Of a DNA stretch of 64,000 nt, positions 41,016 through 58,875 are shown one piece after another; the first letter of the stretch is position 1; every line of letters begins with the position of its first letter. Origin of the DNA: the human T2T-CHM13v2.0 reference genome, Homo sapiens. The notes beneath the pieces are model-generated. The model searched no databases and had not been told where the DNA came from. It worked only from the letters and a program-made list of their open reading frames with translations. The position numbers and the translations under genes were made by a program. The stretch lies in the NCBI RefSeq assembly GCF_009914755.1, contig NC_060944.1; one strand, 5' to 3'.

Positions 41016-42055
41016 AATGTTTCCAGAATCTGTTGCCTCCGTTTTTTACTGACTCTTGAAAGAGGGGTTAATATGGTACATGCATAGCTATAACACAAAC
41101 AGAGATGCTCTTTTAAATAACATTAAGTTACAAGACAACATGCAAAATACGTGAGTCGTCATTGTGGAGGGAAAGGAATATTGGACTGCCATCCACTAGT
41201 TCTGTGACCTTGGGCAAGCAACATAACCTCTCAGTACTTTAGTTTCATTATCCATAGAGTTCAAAGGTCTTTTGCAAAAGTTCTGTGGATTACATTTTTT
41301 TTTCTTTTTACTAATTTAGGCTTTGTTTCCTTGTTGTGTTTAGATTTAGGTATCTACTGCAGATTAAATTACATCTTTTGAAAATTTTGATTTTCCACTT
41401 AGGTTATACCAGTGAGTTAGTTATAGCTTTGTATGTGATACTGTAAATAACTCCATTATTTGTGCTTTATTATGTGAATTTGGACTTGTATAGAACAAAC
41501 CAGGTCCTCTTAAGCATAAACACATTCTGTAATCAATCAATTCTATATTTATTGGGCATTTACTATATATCTTATTCTCTGCTAGACCCTGTAAAATCTT
41601 GGTATGTTAGTCAATATATTAGCTTTGGTTCTGCACTCAAGAATTCTTACAGAAATGTTCACTGTTTGGTATTTTGATACATAGTCTTGAAAGTCTGTCC
41701 ATTTTTGTGAAATGGCAAAATATCAAAATGACAACATTTTAAAACATTTTATTTTTGTGTCAGAGTAGAGACAAACACTGATTTCAAAAATTTCAAAATT
41801 TTACCCAAGACCCACAGTAAGAAACATATGACCTATGTGTGTCTAATGTATATGTAACAGACAAAATTTTCATGAAACAATTATTTACTACATGTGACTC
41901 ACTGTAATACTTTAGTTCTAGTCTATACTATTTTGTGCAAATGTTCATTGCAGTCTATCAAGTTAACCTCACAGGTTCTAAAGCTCTTAACCGACAGGCT
42001 GAAAATCCTACACTTGACTGATAAGGCAAAATTATGAATGCTGTTGTTTTAGTGA

Positions 42056-42360
<305 letters not shown>

Positions 42361-42371
42361 TGATTTTTTAG

Positions 42372-42669
<298 letters not shown>

Positions 42670-43069
42670 ATAAAAAGGTTTGTGTTTTGAATGAACATTT
42701 ATTTCCTTTTTTATAAATGAGGATTTCGTACATTTTACTAAAAGGGCAGAAATGTGCTTCTCCTTTTCTTTGAAGTATAATCTTTTGAACTTTATTTTTA
42801 CACAAGATTACTTGAAGAATTAGGTTGCATTATTATATAAGCTTTAGACTGAGTCATACTGTGTATTCATATCACAATTTTTTAACTAAATTGTTTTTTA
42901 GCAGATTATAGCAGTAGGATAAAATGCACATTTTTAATGCCTGAGCTCCCATCCCAAACAGCTTCACACATAGTCTCATTAAAATAAAAAATCCTGGGAG
43001 AGTGAAGTGTGTCCTTATTTAAAGAACTTCTGGATCTATTTTTACCCTTGTGAGGCTGATTCTTATGAG

Positions 43070-43240
43070 GCAGTTTGCACAGTGACTCAGCACATGGGTT
43101 CTAGAATCAGACTTCCATTGTTCAAATCTTAGCTCTGTCAGTTGTAAGACCATGGGCAAGCTAGTTGATTGATCTCTCTGTGTCTCAGTTTTCTTGAGTT
43201 ACCTCAAGAGGGTGGTTATAACCATTCAAAATATTAACAT
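43070..43240 (+). mobile_element. MIR
   Basis: gttcaaatcttagctctgtca and ctctctgtgtctcagttttc. Confidence 0.7.
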
Positions 43241-44157
43241 AGAGAAACAGGACATATAGATCTATAAAACTCGACTTTATTTTAGGAAAGGGTAGAATTA
43301 GGATGTCTGCAGATGGCTCCATTGTTCGTTCTTAAAGATACAATGCTGAACGCTCTCATGCGCATGATTTTTCTCTTGAGTGCTCGCCCTTCCAATTCAA
43401 CAGCTCACTTATTTAATTGGCCTAAGACTTAATTCCCCTGCCTCTCTTCCTAGCTCCAACTTTCATGAAGCTTCCTTGGATAAAAATCTTAGCAACAGAT
43501 TATCCTCTCGCACCCCCCACCCGCCCTGTGCTCCACAGTTTCTGAGATTCCAAACTAATCCTGGCAGGGAAAATCAAGGAAACCTTCATATAAGGATCTC
43601 ATATTTGAGTGTAAGCTCACCTGAGCAGGAGGGCATTCCAGGCATGATCAGCTTGCTAAGTAATACAGGAAACAAAAAGTTCAGCCAGAATACGAACTCC
43701 TCATTCTAGTAGAATGATGATAAAACATACACAGATAACTTCAATACTGTGAAGGATATGATAAATGTCATGAGGATGACCCAAAGTGCTTTGGGATTCA
43801 GAGAGTGAGAAGTAACATTCATAGGAAGTTTTATGAAAGTAGAGACATCCAGGCTGTTTTAAAGGATAGTTAGGAGTACCAGAGGGCTTTAGGGTGGGAT
43901 GAGGATGACCAGGCAAAGGGCATTCTAAAGTCACAGGGGAAGGAAATAGAGGATGTATTGAGGAAAAGTGAGAATTCACCCATGATGAGAAATATAGAGA
44001 GTACCACAGATTGGGGAATAGGGGCTGATAAGATTGGAACTATCCAGGTTTTAACCAAGTGATGGAAAGCCTTACATGGTGGGCTGTTTGGGATCCATTA
44101 AAGAACTTACAAGTTAATAGCTTTTGCTTGAATTCTGCCCAAAGATAAATTTTTTAA

Positions 44158-44496
<339 letters not shown>

Positions 44497-44959
44497 GTTA
44501 AAGTTCATTTTAAATTTTTATTTTAAATTTTAGTATTTAAAAATCAGGGGATTTTACATTACAACTTAGATTTCCTTTTTTTCCTGTAAAACGGAGATCT
44601 GAAAGTACAAGGCCCACATCCCTGCATGACATGTGAGCAGAGGCAACATCCTTTGGACAGGGCATTCTTTGCTTTCAGATTTACAACACAGTATATTTGT
44701 ATATATTTATACCAGGCTGGCCTCCCTCAGTTATGTTGCCTGTCTGTCTCCTATAGGCATTTGGATATTAGATTTCTGCAGTAGAGAAATGTATTAGAAG
44801 TCAAAAATAGTTACTGAAATGGCATTAAAAAAACAGCCAGTATGAACCAAGTTTCCATCAGATAAAAATATATCCCAAATAAATATTTGCACATCAAGCA
44901 AAACTGCAATCAAAACAAATATTGGGATCTAGTATGCAGAAAATTCAGGAACTCAGAAT

Positions 44960-45402
44960 GTGCTTAGTAAATGGGGCCAAAAAGATCCCCAAAGAATGTC
45001 ACTTCCCTGTGTCTATGCTCCTATTTACTGCTCTTCCAATGACTTTGGGCTTTTCCATGTGATTTACTTTGACCAATGGGACTGCAGCAAACATGACCCA
45101 ACCAGAGGCTTAAAGATTGCTTGCACGTTGGTGTCTGTGCTCGCTTATCACGCAAAGCCCTGGCTAGTATATTGGAGAATGAGAAGCCACGTGAAGCAGA
45201 GACAGACCATCCCAGCTGAGGCCCCTATACCAGCCTGACTACTGCCAGCCAGATGTGAGTGGGGCCATTTAGAACCATCTAGCCTTAGTCACCCCACCAG
45301 CTGACTGTAGAACTGCCTGGTTAACCACAAGCTAATGAGCAATATAAAGGATGTTGTTTTAAGCCACTAAGTTTTGGAAGGGATTTTTGCACAGCAAAAG
45401 CT
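44960..45402 (+). mobile_element. MaLR LTR (MLT1-family)
   Basis: ccatgtgatttactttgaccaatgg; ttgttttaagccactaagttttgg...cacagcaaaagct. Confidence 0.8.
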
Positions 45403-45573
45403 TAGGAGGAAGCTTTGAAGATGTAGCCCAAAAATGACGTTGTAAACCTCCAGCACACTAGCTACTATTAATTAGCCTACGAGAGAGAATCTTCTAATAT
45501 AACATCTATAATACCTAAGAGAACTGAACTATATATTTGAGAATAAATGGATATGCTGGAGTATAGAGGGGTT

Positions 45574-45592
45574 TGTGTGTGTGTGTGTGTGT
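45574..45592. repeat. (TG)n microsatellite
   Basis: About 9-10 units. Confidence 0.9.
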
Positions 45593-46468
45593 AATCTAGA
45601 ACAATGATCAGATAGGAGATGGAGGTGTGGAGATTGACTGGCTGGTTTCAAGAAATGATCTCAGAAACAGCTTGACCCCTGGGATTCCTCTAGTTCCCTG
45701 ATTGTATATCCGTAAAACCTCTTACCGAACCCAAAATTATTTTTCTGATCATCTTGATAATACATTTATTATAATTTCATTTTTACATTAATTTCTATAG
45801 ATATTTGTGGGGTTTTCTTGGGATGGTATACTACTAATTATTTGGTTTTTCTTTTGGGGAGCGGGAATGTTGATTTAAATCTGTATCCACATGGCTGGAT
45901 TAAGACTAAACTCACTTTTCAGGCATTCTCAAAAGGGAGGAGGTTCACTGACAGCACGCCCCTTCTGATATCATTAGACAACTTACTGGTACCCTTGGTG
46001 GCTTCTCTGAATCCTGTCTATGGGTGCCAAAATACAGGGATTTCAATATGGGGGAAAGTAAGAATTTGGAGTATTCCCAGGCATTTTGTGTGAATATCTC
46101 CCAGCATCTTATTCTTTTAAGTGTGACGGCTAAGGGATCATCAGGACCTACTGATGGTCTTCCAGAGATCATCAAATCTGGCTAAATCTTCAAAGCTTCC
46201 TCCTACAGTTAGCTTTTGCTGGGCAAAAAAACCCTTCCAAAACATAGTAGCTTAAAACAACATCCTTTATATTGCTCAGTACCTGGTGATGATCCCTTAG
46301 CTGTTTATCAGATGATCTTCAGGGAGTTTGACAGTCCCATAGGGAAAGTGATGAAACAATTTTAAAACGATATTTAAGAAGTTTGAAATGTAAAATATAC
46401 TTATGATTTTAATGAAAATTCTGTTATATCCTCAAATGGAATTATAATCTTAAAAGTTATGCTTTTGA

Positions 46469-46812
<344 letters not shown>

Positions 46813-47039
46813 GACCATTTCATCTTGATTAAAATTGAGTTAACAGAGTTTGTTTCTCCTCGTCTGCCTCATATCGTTAGTGAATTATATCTTTTGTTAA
46901 ATTTGCTTTTCTTGTTCCAACAGGATTACATGATATCTCTACCTCATAAAATGAATCAATCTATCTCTAATGTGGCTTATTGATGCCTAAAATAGAGGTG
47001 AAATAGTAACATAATGCCAGAACTCAGAATAAGGTCATA

Positions 47040-47175
47040 GGCCAGGTGTGGTGGCTTACACCTGTAATCCCAGCACTTTTGGAGGCCAAGGCGGAAGGAT
47101 TGCTTGAGGCCAGGAGTTCAAGACCAGCCTGGGCAACTTAGTGAAACTTTGTCTCTACAAAACAATTTTAAAAAA
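47040..47175 (+). mobile_element. Free left Alu monomer (FLAM-like) with perfect 16-bp TSD
   Basis: tcagaataaggtcata at 47024-47039 and 47176-47191. Confidence 0.88.
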
Positions 47176-47629
47176 TCAGAATAAGGTCATAAATATAAAT
47201 ACTAAACAGAATTTCAGTGTAAACAAAGTAGTATATGTATTGGGATATGAATCTCTGAGTTTGATGATTTTGTATAAACAAGCAAAGAAGAAAACATAAA
47301 TAGAAGATACATGATTAATATCTGCAAATTTGATTTTATGTTATTTTCTAGTACTTGGTGTGTTGTATGTTATAAAATTTTGTCAAATAGTAGCAGAAAC
47401 TACTGACACCTTTGTATTGCTTTCAAAGTATCATAACTACTCTGGAAAACCAGTTATGTTTTTTTCCTCTAGGGCAAAGGCAAGTAATGCTTTTTCTTGG
47501 TGTGTGTGTGTGTATGGGGTGTGGTGGGACAGGGATGAAATTGCTGCATTTTGCCACTAAAGGAAGAGATAGGACTTAGACAGTTCATTCACAGATGGAC
47601 TCTTTGAACTAAAAATGGTATATGAGAGC

Positions 47630-47900
47630 CTGCATAGCATGTTGATGAAGATCATGGGCTGCCTGGGTTCAAATCCCAGCCTTCTTACCTGCGGAGCATG
47701 TTGATTGATTAACATCATGGGCTGCCTGGGTTCAAATCCCAGCCTTCTTACCAGCTGTGTGTACTTGGTCAAACCACTTCATTTCTGTATGGCTCAGCTT
47801 CATTTTACTTATTGAGGGAATAGTAGTAATATGTACTATATATGTATGTTTGTTATGAGAATTATAGGAGTTAATATTTGTAAGCATTAGAAGAGCATGT
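47630..47900 (+). mobile_element. MIR with an internal tandem duplication
   Basis: ctgcctgggttcaaatcccagc occurs twice; ggctcagcttcatt. Confidence 0.75.
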
Positions 47901-47905
47901 AGATT

Positions 47906-48232
<327 letters not shown>

Positions 48233-48268
48233 TTAAGAACATGCATTAGAACTAAATAAAAATGTCTA

Positions 48269-48610
<342 letters not shown>

Positions 48611-50001
48611 TCACGCAAATATAAAATGAGCACTTATCAACACATTTAACTTTGGTTGAAAGGAGAATTTAAAGAACCATACATATATAGGCAATAAAGA
48701 ATACTGAAATGAATTTACAAGTAATGTAAAATAAATGAAAATAAATATAAATTGTCCTCAAGATAATACTCAGTTGTATTCCAGGGAATATAATTCATGT
48801 GCATTTATATGGACAATAATTCACATTATTATCCATTTTCTGCAGCTTACAGAGTTTTAAAATAGCTCAAAGACAGTGAAAGGTAGAGATCACCGTGATA
48901 GGTAAGCTATACAGGACACCCACTAATTTCTTGGAGTGAGCTCATATCGAAAGTTTTTCACATTTTCTCTGACATGTATTATAAACAATTATAAATGTAA
49001 TCATTATAAACAATTATAAAACCAGTGCAAACTTAATAATAAATATTACCCTCAGAGGAGGAAGTAGAAGGGACATACTTTTTCCCCAAATATGACTTTT
49101 TGAACAGCATATGATATTGACAAAGACTGTCTCTTTAACCAAACTTTAGTTAGGTCCCTCTGGACAAGCCCTTTTCTTGTCTAGACCCTGTCCTTGTCAG
49201 ACCTTCGTTGTCCAGTTTGAGCAAGAATCTTGCTAAGTCAGTTTAGAGAGAATCTCCTATCCCAAATATCTAACATTTCGGTATCTGATCAAATTCCTGA
49301 TCCCCCACCATCCCCCAGGCAACATATGATCATACTGGCCTACCTTCAGCAAGAATCCCATCTTACCCCTAGTGTTTCCTCTTAGTGATTTTTCCATCCA
49401 TTGACCCCATCCTGCCCCTTGGCTATAAATTCCCACTTGTTCCTGCTGTATTTGAAACTGAGCTCAGTTCGATACTGACGTCTCTTTTCCTCTATTGTAA
49501 TAGTCCCTGAATAATGTTTTTACTGCTTTAACTGCTGTCCAGCTCTAGTTCCTTTAACAGTTAATGGTCCTGTGATACGGGTAGGATTAGATTTATTATT
49601 GGATTCCTGGATCTCTCATCCAGGACTCAGCTGTATACCTTTGAAGCCTTTGTCTTCACTCCTGACTGATTGATCTGGGATCTGTTGATGAGTCTGACTC
49701 CTAAACCATTGCCCTACATGACAGTTCACTGAAGCATGGTAGGAACAGATATTCATACTTAAGATTCTGAGTTTACTGGTTGAAGTTGGGTTAGAGACCT
49801 ATGTTTTTTTTGAAAGGTACTACTGGGCTGGTAGTCTTTCTTCATGGCTTTTGGTTCCAAGTGGGGATTCACATCCAGAATCCTGAGATGGAAATGGTTT
49901 CTCCTGGCACTCTGTGAGGTCTCCCTGTTCTGTTTGAACATGCTTCTCCCATGGGAACTTATTAGTTGACTGAAACCCTCTTCTCAAGGTTCTGCTGACT
50001 A

Positions 50002-50710
50002 CAGTAGTCTCCCCTGATCCTTAGTTTTGCTTTCTGCAGTTTCAGTTACCAGTGGTCAACTGTGGTCTGAAAATATTAGGTAGAAAATTCCAGAAATAAA
50101 TAATTTGTAAGCTTTAAATTTTGTGCTATTCTGAGTAGCTTTATGAACTCTTGTGCTATCTACTCCATCCTTCCTGGGAAGTGAATCATCCTTTTTCAGT
50201 GTATCCAAATTGTAGATGCTATACAGCCATTAAGTCACTTTGTAGTCATCTCAGTTATCACATTCACTGTCTGTGTATTGCACTGCCGGTGTTCAAGTCA
50301 CCTTTATTTTACAAAATAATGGCCCCAAAGCACAAGAGTAGTGATGGTGGCAATTTAGATATGCCAAAGAGAAGCCATGAAGTGCTTCTTTTAAGTAAAA
50401 AGGTGAAAGTTCTGTACTCAAAAAAAAATCGTATGTTGAGATTTACTATAAGAACAAATTTTCTATGCGTGAAATTGTGAAAAAGGAAAAAAATTTGTGC
50501 TAGCTTTGCTGTCGCATCTCAATCTGCAAAATTACAGCCACTATGAATGACAAATGCTTAGTTACCGTGGAAAAGACATTAAATTTGTGAGTGTGAGACA
50601 TTAATAGAAATGTGTTCTGACTGACAACAGCCGAGTTTAATACTATCTGCGGTTTCAGGCATCCACGAAGGGTCTTGGAACATATTCCCTGTGGATAGGA
50701 GGGACTACTA
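50002..50710. mobile_element. MER44 (Tigger7 family) nested in the ERV
   Basis: TIRs ta|cagtagtctcccc ... gggactact; aaaattccagaaataaa. Confidence 0.85.
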
Positions 50711-51620
50711 GTATGTGCTCCTCTAAATCTGTTTACTTATTATTTGACAAGGATAATTTAGAACTTCACTGGCTTCTCTAGGAAACTTAAGATCTTTCCA
50801 AAGTGGCTCCTCTAAGACCTCTCCCTTCCCATTGCTTCTGCTCCTCCTTCTCCCCTTGCCATCTTTGATTTCCCCTTTAATTCTCTTGAATCTTTTGATG
50901 TTTCCCTTCAAAGCCTTACCTCTTTCATCATCCTTCTGTCCATATCTGCCAGACTTTTTCTTCCCTACTTCAGCTTCTCAGCTCCCTATAGGCACTTGAA
51001 CTTTAAGCACACTGTCCCTCGTTGAAGGTTTTCAAGGGTCTCAAGGATCCCCAAAAGCAACCACCTGAGGCTATAAAGGAAAAAACGCTAATTGGAAACA
51101 CTGAATATTTTATCCAGTCAGATGGGCTTTGGCGACATCCTTAAAGCTGTTCGATGTCACCTCAGTTACTGCCTAAAATTTGGTCCACAGCCTCCATAAG
51201 ATTACATGGGAAAATCTTAAAAATCTTCTCTATAAATATTATTAAAAAACATTAACTCTCATATAGAACAGGTAACCTAATTTGTTCCATTTATCAAGAA
51301 TACAATTTTGACAAAAATGTAGACCAAAGATAAAACTATATTACTTTGTTTACTTGATTAATTGCTAAAGTTTTAGAATAAAAGCTGTAAGATCTGTTTG
51401 CGGCTATCTGCGTATTTGTTTGTATATGTTTATGTATGTATGTTATATATATGTGATATTTTTCTACCTAAGGATAGTATTACCAGCATAATTCATAAAA
51501 TCTCATAAGGAAGCACTATTCAAATTATCTTAGAGATTAATGAACTCTTATATAAGTTAAATATTCCAAAAACTCCCAGAAATGTGGAAACTAACCCAAA
51601 TGTGTTTTAAAGTTCATACG

Positions 51621-51930
51621 GGCTGGATGTGGTAGATCACACCTGTAATCCCAGCACTTTGGGAGGCCAAGGCGGGAGGATCACTTGAACTCAGGAGTTC
51701 AAAATCAGTCTGGGCAACATGGTGAAACCCATCTCTACCAAAAAAAAAACCCCAAACGCACACACATAAAAAATACAAAAATTAGCCTGGCTTGGTAGTG
51801 CATGTCTGTAGTCCCAGCTACTCAGGAAGCTGAGGTGGGAGGAACGCTTGAGCCCGGGAGTTGGAGGTTGCAGTGAGCTGAGATTTCACCACTGCACTCC
51901 AGCTTGGGTGACAGAGCGAGACCTTGCCCC
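51621..51930 (+). mobile_element. AluJ
   Basis: J-type cttgagcccgggag; decayed tail. Confidence 0.9.
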
Positions 51931-53131
51931 CTCACCTTCCACCCCCCAAAGAAGTACATATAACTTTGCTAAGTCTTCAATAAATAAGATTAATATTATT
52001 GGTTTAATAAAAATGGGTTTGTCTTAATGACTTGTCAGCGTTAAGTATAATGTGGGCATGTTTTTATTCTACTTAGGTTTGCTGATCAGATAAACTTATG
52101 TCTACTAGATATTTAAGATTATAAAAATTATAAATTTCACCTAAGAACCACTGTACAAGTAAACATGCACTAACATTGAATTGCTTTATAGCCATGACTT
52201 CTTGTATATCAAGCATAGCAGTAAAACAAAAATCCATGTGTTTAACTTTTTTAGGTTTTTGCTTTTATAATACTTTCCTAATAAATGCATATGTTGTAGA
52301 AATCGTTAACAGGGAAATAACTTGAGATGTTGGCTAGCTTTGTTTAATGTTATAGTATGTCTGCCTGGAAATTGTTTTTAAAATCTTTTTAGTAATTTGC
52401 AACCTTAGACTTACATTACATTAATAGATATTCATTAAAATCTACATAATTTCTAAGAAATATAAATGACTGAAATACTAATGCTAAACCTAAGTTTGAG
52501 TTTATATACTTTGGCTTTTTATTTTCATATGGCATAAAGAAACTAGATATAATTGGGCCTGTTAATAAAATGTTCTTCTGAAAGATTACACTATAAAGAA
52601 ACAAATATCTCTAGGAATTGTAAGATGATATACTCATAAAACCTGCTAGTTTGCTATAGAATGCTAGTATGTGACACAGTTTACAGCTGTCTCCTTAAGT
52701 TTTCTTTGTAAAAGTGTATTGGTCGTTAAAATTACATTTAATACATGTAAGTTAAACTACTAAAAATAATAAGTGTGAGGAGAAACAACTCTGTATGCAA
52801 AGTATGTGAGGAATGAAGGACTTTTTTTTACTGTTGATAAGGGAAAAAGAGTGTAATTTTGTCTTAAAATAAGATTACTGGTTATTCCAGAATGAGAAAG
52901 AGGAAAAATGTAGGACGAAATCTGAATGGATATGGAAAACTGTAGGTTTGCAGAAAAGGAATTCTTTATGTTTTCAAGCTGGCTATGATTAAATTGATTT
53001 CTATATAAAGTTTTTTTTTAAATAACATCAGCCCAACAGTGTGCTAATATAAAACTAGAACTTGGTTTTATTTCTGTTAAAGCAACAAAGTTTTCTTGGA
53101 ATATTGGTCTGTTCTTAGTAAGAGACTGTGA

Positions 53132-53506
<375 letters not shown>

Positions 53507-53643
53507 TAATTTATTGTGCTTTGTGTTTTCTATGTCATCTCCTTTTAAGAGAACTTAACTATTGTTTCATAGTTATCGATGATCCTGTTTAATCAGCATT
53601 CAAATCTTTTGACATTTTTGAGTTTTCCAAAATCAAATTCTAA

Positions 53644-53955
<312 letters not shown>

Positions 53956-55084
53956 TAAATGAAGTATTAATCTTGGACTGACCTTGAGATTTCCCATAGG
54001 TCCCCTGGAAAATGTCAAAGGATTTTTTCTTTCACCTAGTAAAAATTTTGTTTGTTTGATATATTAAATTATGTGGGAAACATTGTCAAGTAAAAAGTGA
54101 TGCTTAAGCTTTTCTAGGTTATATTTGTATGGGTAAATATTAATAATAAAACATTCCAGAAATTATGTGAATTTCATAGACATTTGCCAATACCCTCATT
54201 GTCCATCATATGTTCTGGTATATACTGTTATCATCATAATGCCAACTATTATTTAAATATTTAAATATTGTGTGTCACAAAAATAACCAAATTCCCTCAC
54301 CAGTTTTATCATTTTTATAATGAACAGATGTTTAACCACAGACATTTTAAGTCTTTTATTATCCACAGATAGTTTTTCTTTTACTCTGATTCTTCCTGAA
54401 AGCTTCCATAATCAGCTTATAAGCCAGAATGCTTCATTTTCAACAAAACTGATTGTCTCAGAGACCTGTGGAAAGGACTATGCCAGGTACTCTGGGGTAT
54501 AGCCTTCTAATGGCATTGCTTAGATACTTGTAGACCATACCATTGGAATGAGTATGGATTTCTGCAGCTAGTAGAGAAGCTGACGGGTTCATAAAACTGC
54601 TAACGCAGGATAAAGCAGAAGATTCAATTACATGGGGCCGAATAAACTAATAAATAAGATAATTTTTATGGTTATTGTTTTGGAATATTTATCATTCTTT
54701 AATGTCTTATTTAAGGAGACTTTTTTTCTGTTGTCTCATGCTTTCTATAACTCATGACAATTTAGTAGGTTATGCTTTTGTAAAAAGAGATGAAACATAT
54801 TTTCTTCCAACCTGATCCCTCCAGAATTCAGAAACACTTACTGAGTATTCTTATTCTCAATGGCAATACAATTATTTGGATAAGTTCAATAAGATTCTGT
54901 CTTCCTTGTAACAGGGCATACTTGGAAAAATCAGTTTATAACCAAGGCTTTGACTGGAATGTCATATTTGAGAATGATGCATTGAATCAGATACGTCCAG
55001 ACAGTTTTAAGGCACAAAGACTTTATGGAGTCAATGCTTACAAAGTCCTCTTGGGAAAACCGGCCTGGTACCTGGCTTATTGGG

Positions 55085-55222
55085 CAGGGGTTCCCAATCC
55101 CTAGGTCTCAGACTGGGCCATACAGCAAGAGTTGAGCAGCAGGTGAGCCAGCATCTTCCCTACCCCCAGTCTGTGGAAAAATTGTCATCCACAAAACTGG
55201 TCCGTTGAACCAAAGACTGCTG
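55085..55222. mobile_element. hAT-Charlie MER1-like element, internally deleted
   Basis: caggggttcccaatccc ... gtggaaaaattgtcatccacaaaactggtcc ... gactgctg. Confidence 0.7.
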
Positions 55223-55408
55223 TTATAGGGTTCCCAGCCTTATAGGTGGGTAAGGAAGGTCACTTCCTGGCAGGTCCAGGAAGCTTAGGATATTTTGGGA
55301 ACCTCACAAGAGAGGAATTCACCCAAATCTATAGTTCTTATAGGAAAAATATGGTAGTGCTTGGCTTGACTTTTAATCTTCAAGAGGCTTTTAGAAGCCT
55401 AATATGAA

Positions 55409-55715
55409 GGTCAGGCACGGTGGCTCACGCCTGTAATCCCAGCACTTTGGGAGGCCGAGGTGGGTGGATCACGAGGTCAGAAGATCAAGACCATCCTGGC
55501 TAATATGGTGAAACCCCATCTCTACTAAAAATACAAAAAATTAGCCGGGTGTGGTGGCAGGCGCCTGTAGTCCCAGCTACTCAGGAGGCTGAAGGAGGAG
55601 AATGGCATGAACCTGGGAGGCAGAACTTGCAGTGAGCCGAGATCGTGCCACTGCACTACAGCCTGGGCAACAGAGTGAAACCCCGTCTCAAAAAAAAAAA
55701 AAAAAAAAAAAAAAA
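55409..55715 (+). mobile_element. AluY
   Basis: gaatggcatgaa; long poly-A tail. Confidence 0.93.
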
Positions 55716-57341
55716 TCTAATCTGAGATTCCTCATAAAAAATTCCAGTAAAACAAACTCAAAAAGGCCTAAGTGGTCATTTTTGCTGCAATTATGTAAAT
55801 AACCAGGCCAAATCTAATGAGACCAGACTTATTTTGTAAACAAGAGTTAAAAAAGGAAGTGAGTGGAGAGAAAATTTATGCTTAAATGGAAAACTATAGT
55901 GTACCCTTGTGGGTTATTAAATTCTAGTCCTGTTCGTTTTTTTTTTTAGCTTTCCGTTGTCAACCTATAAACTGGACTGGATCCTGCCATCTTATGCATT
56001 TTCTCAATTATTCTAGTTTCCTCTGATAGCCTACTACAAGTTTCCAAACTAACATTTCTAATTTTTCCCCACCTTCCTCACTTGGCATCACTGAGAACTA
56101 AAACTATGCTTTTCCCAAAGCCCAGGAAGCTGAAGCTGTACCACTTGGTATAAGCTGAAGAAATCACCACACCTTTTCATGTATGGGTAACTTCATGAGA
56201 ATCTCTTCTTTCCTTGAACAATAAGAGGGACTGACAAAGTCTGTCTTCTTAAGCAAACTTTAGTCAGGTTTCTCTAAGCCTTTTTCTTGTCTAGGCCCCA
56301 TTCTTGCAATACCTGCGTAGCCCAGTTTCAGCAAGAATCTTGCTAAGTTAGTTAAGAGAAAATCTCTTACCCTTGATATCAGATCACTCTTGATACTTGG
56401 TCAAATTGCTCATCCCCCACCAGGCAATATGTGATCACCCTGACTTGCCTTCAGCAAGAATACTGTTCAGGCTCTATAACCAGAATCCCCCTATATTTCC
56501 TCTTAGTTATTTCCCATCCACTCACCTCCATCCTGCTCCTTGGCTATAAATCCCTGCTTGTTATTGCTGTATTTGGAAATGATCCCAGTTCTATACTGAG
56601 GTCTCTTTCCCTTTATTGTAATAGTTTCTGAATAAAATCTGTTTTTACTGCTTTAATCACTTCCAGTTCTGGTTTTCTTTGACATTATCAGAAATATATA
56701 ATATGAAAGAGCAATTACTGTCATGTGTTTACACTGACAGATATTTCAACTTGCAATTGTATAAAACCAGTGATGTACAAGCTGAGTTGGTGCTTTGTGT
56801 ACATAGAGAATGTCCATGAGGGCGATATACTTGGCAACTTTTTGTCTTATTTATTACTGAAAACCTAGGGTATGGAAAAAGATACATTGAGATCTGTGTG
56901 TGAAAAGGAAGGCAAGGCATTGCTATGCAAATAAAAGAGGTGGCCTCTAAGTGGTAATTTATATTGTTGTATTTGCAAAGAATAGTTGGTGGTCAAAAAT
57001 ACTCCATTAGGTTTTGATTTACTGTTGAAGGAAATACTGCTAATTATTAGTCCTATCAAGCTGTAGCCTTTAAGTATGTACATATCTTTTTGGCATACTA
57101 TGTGAGGAATTGGGCTGTAAGTATAATCTGACTGTTGAGGAAAAAAGAGCCTCATGTTAGTTTTTAAAATGAGAGACAATGAAAATATTCCCTCATAATG
57201 CTGATAACTTGAGTAAAGACCATTTTGAGTAACTTATTTGAGCAACATTGTCACAGCAGTATATTTATTCAATAAATATACTGAATTGCTTGAACCTCCA
57301 CTTCAGTCTCAAAATATTCCATTTTAAAAATTTGCAGATGA

Positions 57342-57743
<402 letters not shown>

Positions 57744-58370
57744 CTCCCATACCTTTCTTTTATAATTTCTTTGCTTTTGAGAAAGAAACACATAACTTAT
57801 TGTCTCATATGTTTAAAAATTCTATCACTGCAAATGTGAGTTACTTACATAATGCTTCATGAGAAAATGAAATAATACTTTTTAGAGCTAAAAGCAGTTA
57901 AAGAATGATTAGAAAATCTATTTACTCTGTTTCCCATGTTGAAATGGTCTTTCTGCATTCATTTGTGATAAGTCTGTCAATTTAATGCCTGATAGAGTTC
58001 TGAAACATCTTCAGTGATGAATCTTTGTAATTTCTAGGTTCACAATAGTCTAAATATCCATTTGTCTCTGACAAAGCCACCAAATGTTTATTGTCATTTA
58101 ACAATCGTTAATGGAGAATCAAGAGTTTATAATTTGGTTAATCACAATAGAAACTAGTTGGATGTGGAACTCAAGGACTTGTGGCTCAGAGTCCTTGTCA
58201 TTGGGTCAGGTGTTGACAATTTGATAACAGCACAAACAAAATATAGTCTCTTTCACTGATAAGCAATAGTAATAAATATGATATTTTATTTAAAATAAAA
58301 TATTTTGAAAAAGTATCTTAGTATTGTGGTCCATGAATGCTGAATATGGATGCTGAAATAATATTTGTCA

Positions 58371-58693
<323 letters not shown>

Positions 58694-58709
58694 TGATTGT
58701 GTTTGTTGA

Positions 58710-58875
58710 TCACTTACTATGAGGCAAACATTCTAAGTGTAATGAACTCACTTACAGTGGTTTACAAACTGATGCATGGAGAGAATAATTTATCCAGACT
58801 CACCCAGCTGTTAACTGGCAGAATTAGGATTTTAACAGAGTCAGTCTGGTAGGAAAGTCTGCTCTTTCCCACTAT
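58710..58875 (-). mobile_element. MIR
   Basis: cacttactatgaggcaaac; ctggcagaattaggattt. Confidence 0.6.

Noticed and set aside
45137-45146. gtgctcgctt, matching the U6 snRNA 5' end
   Set aside because: Only 10 nt match, within an MLT1 LTR; the U6 sequence does not continue.
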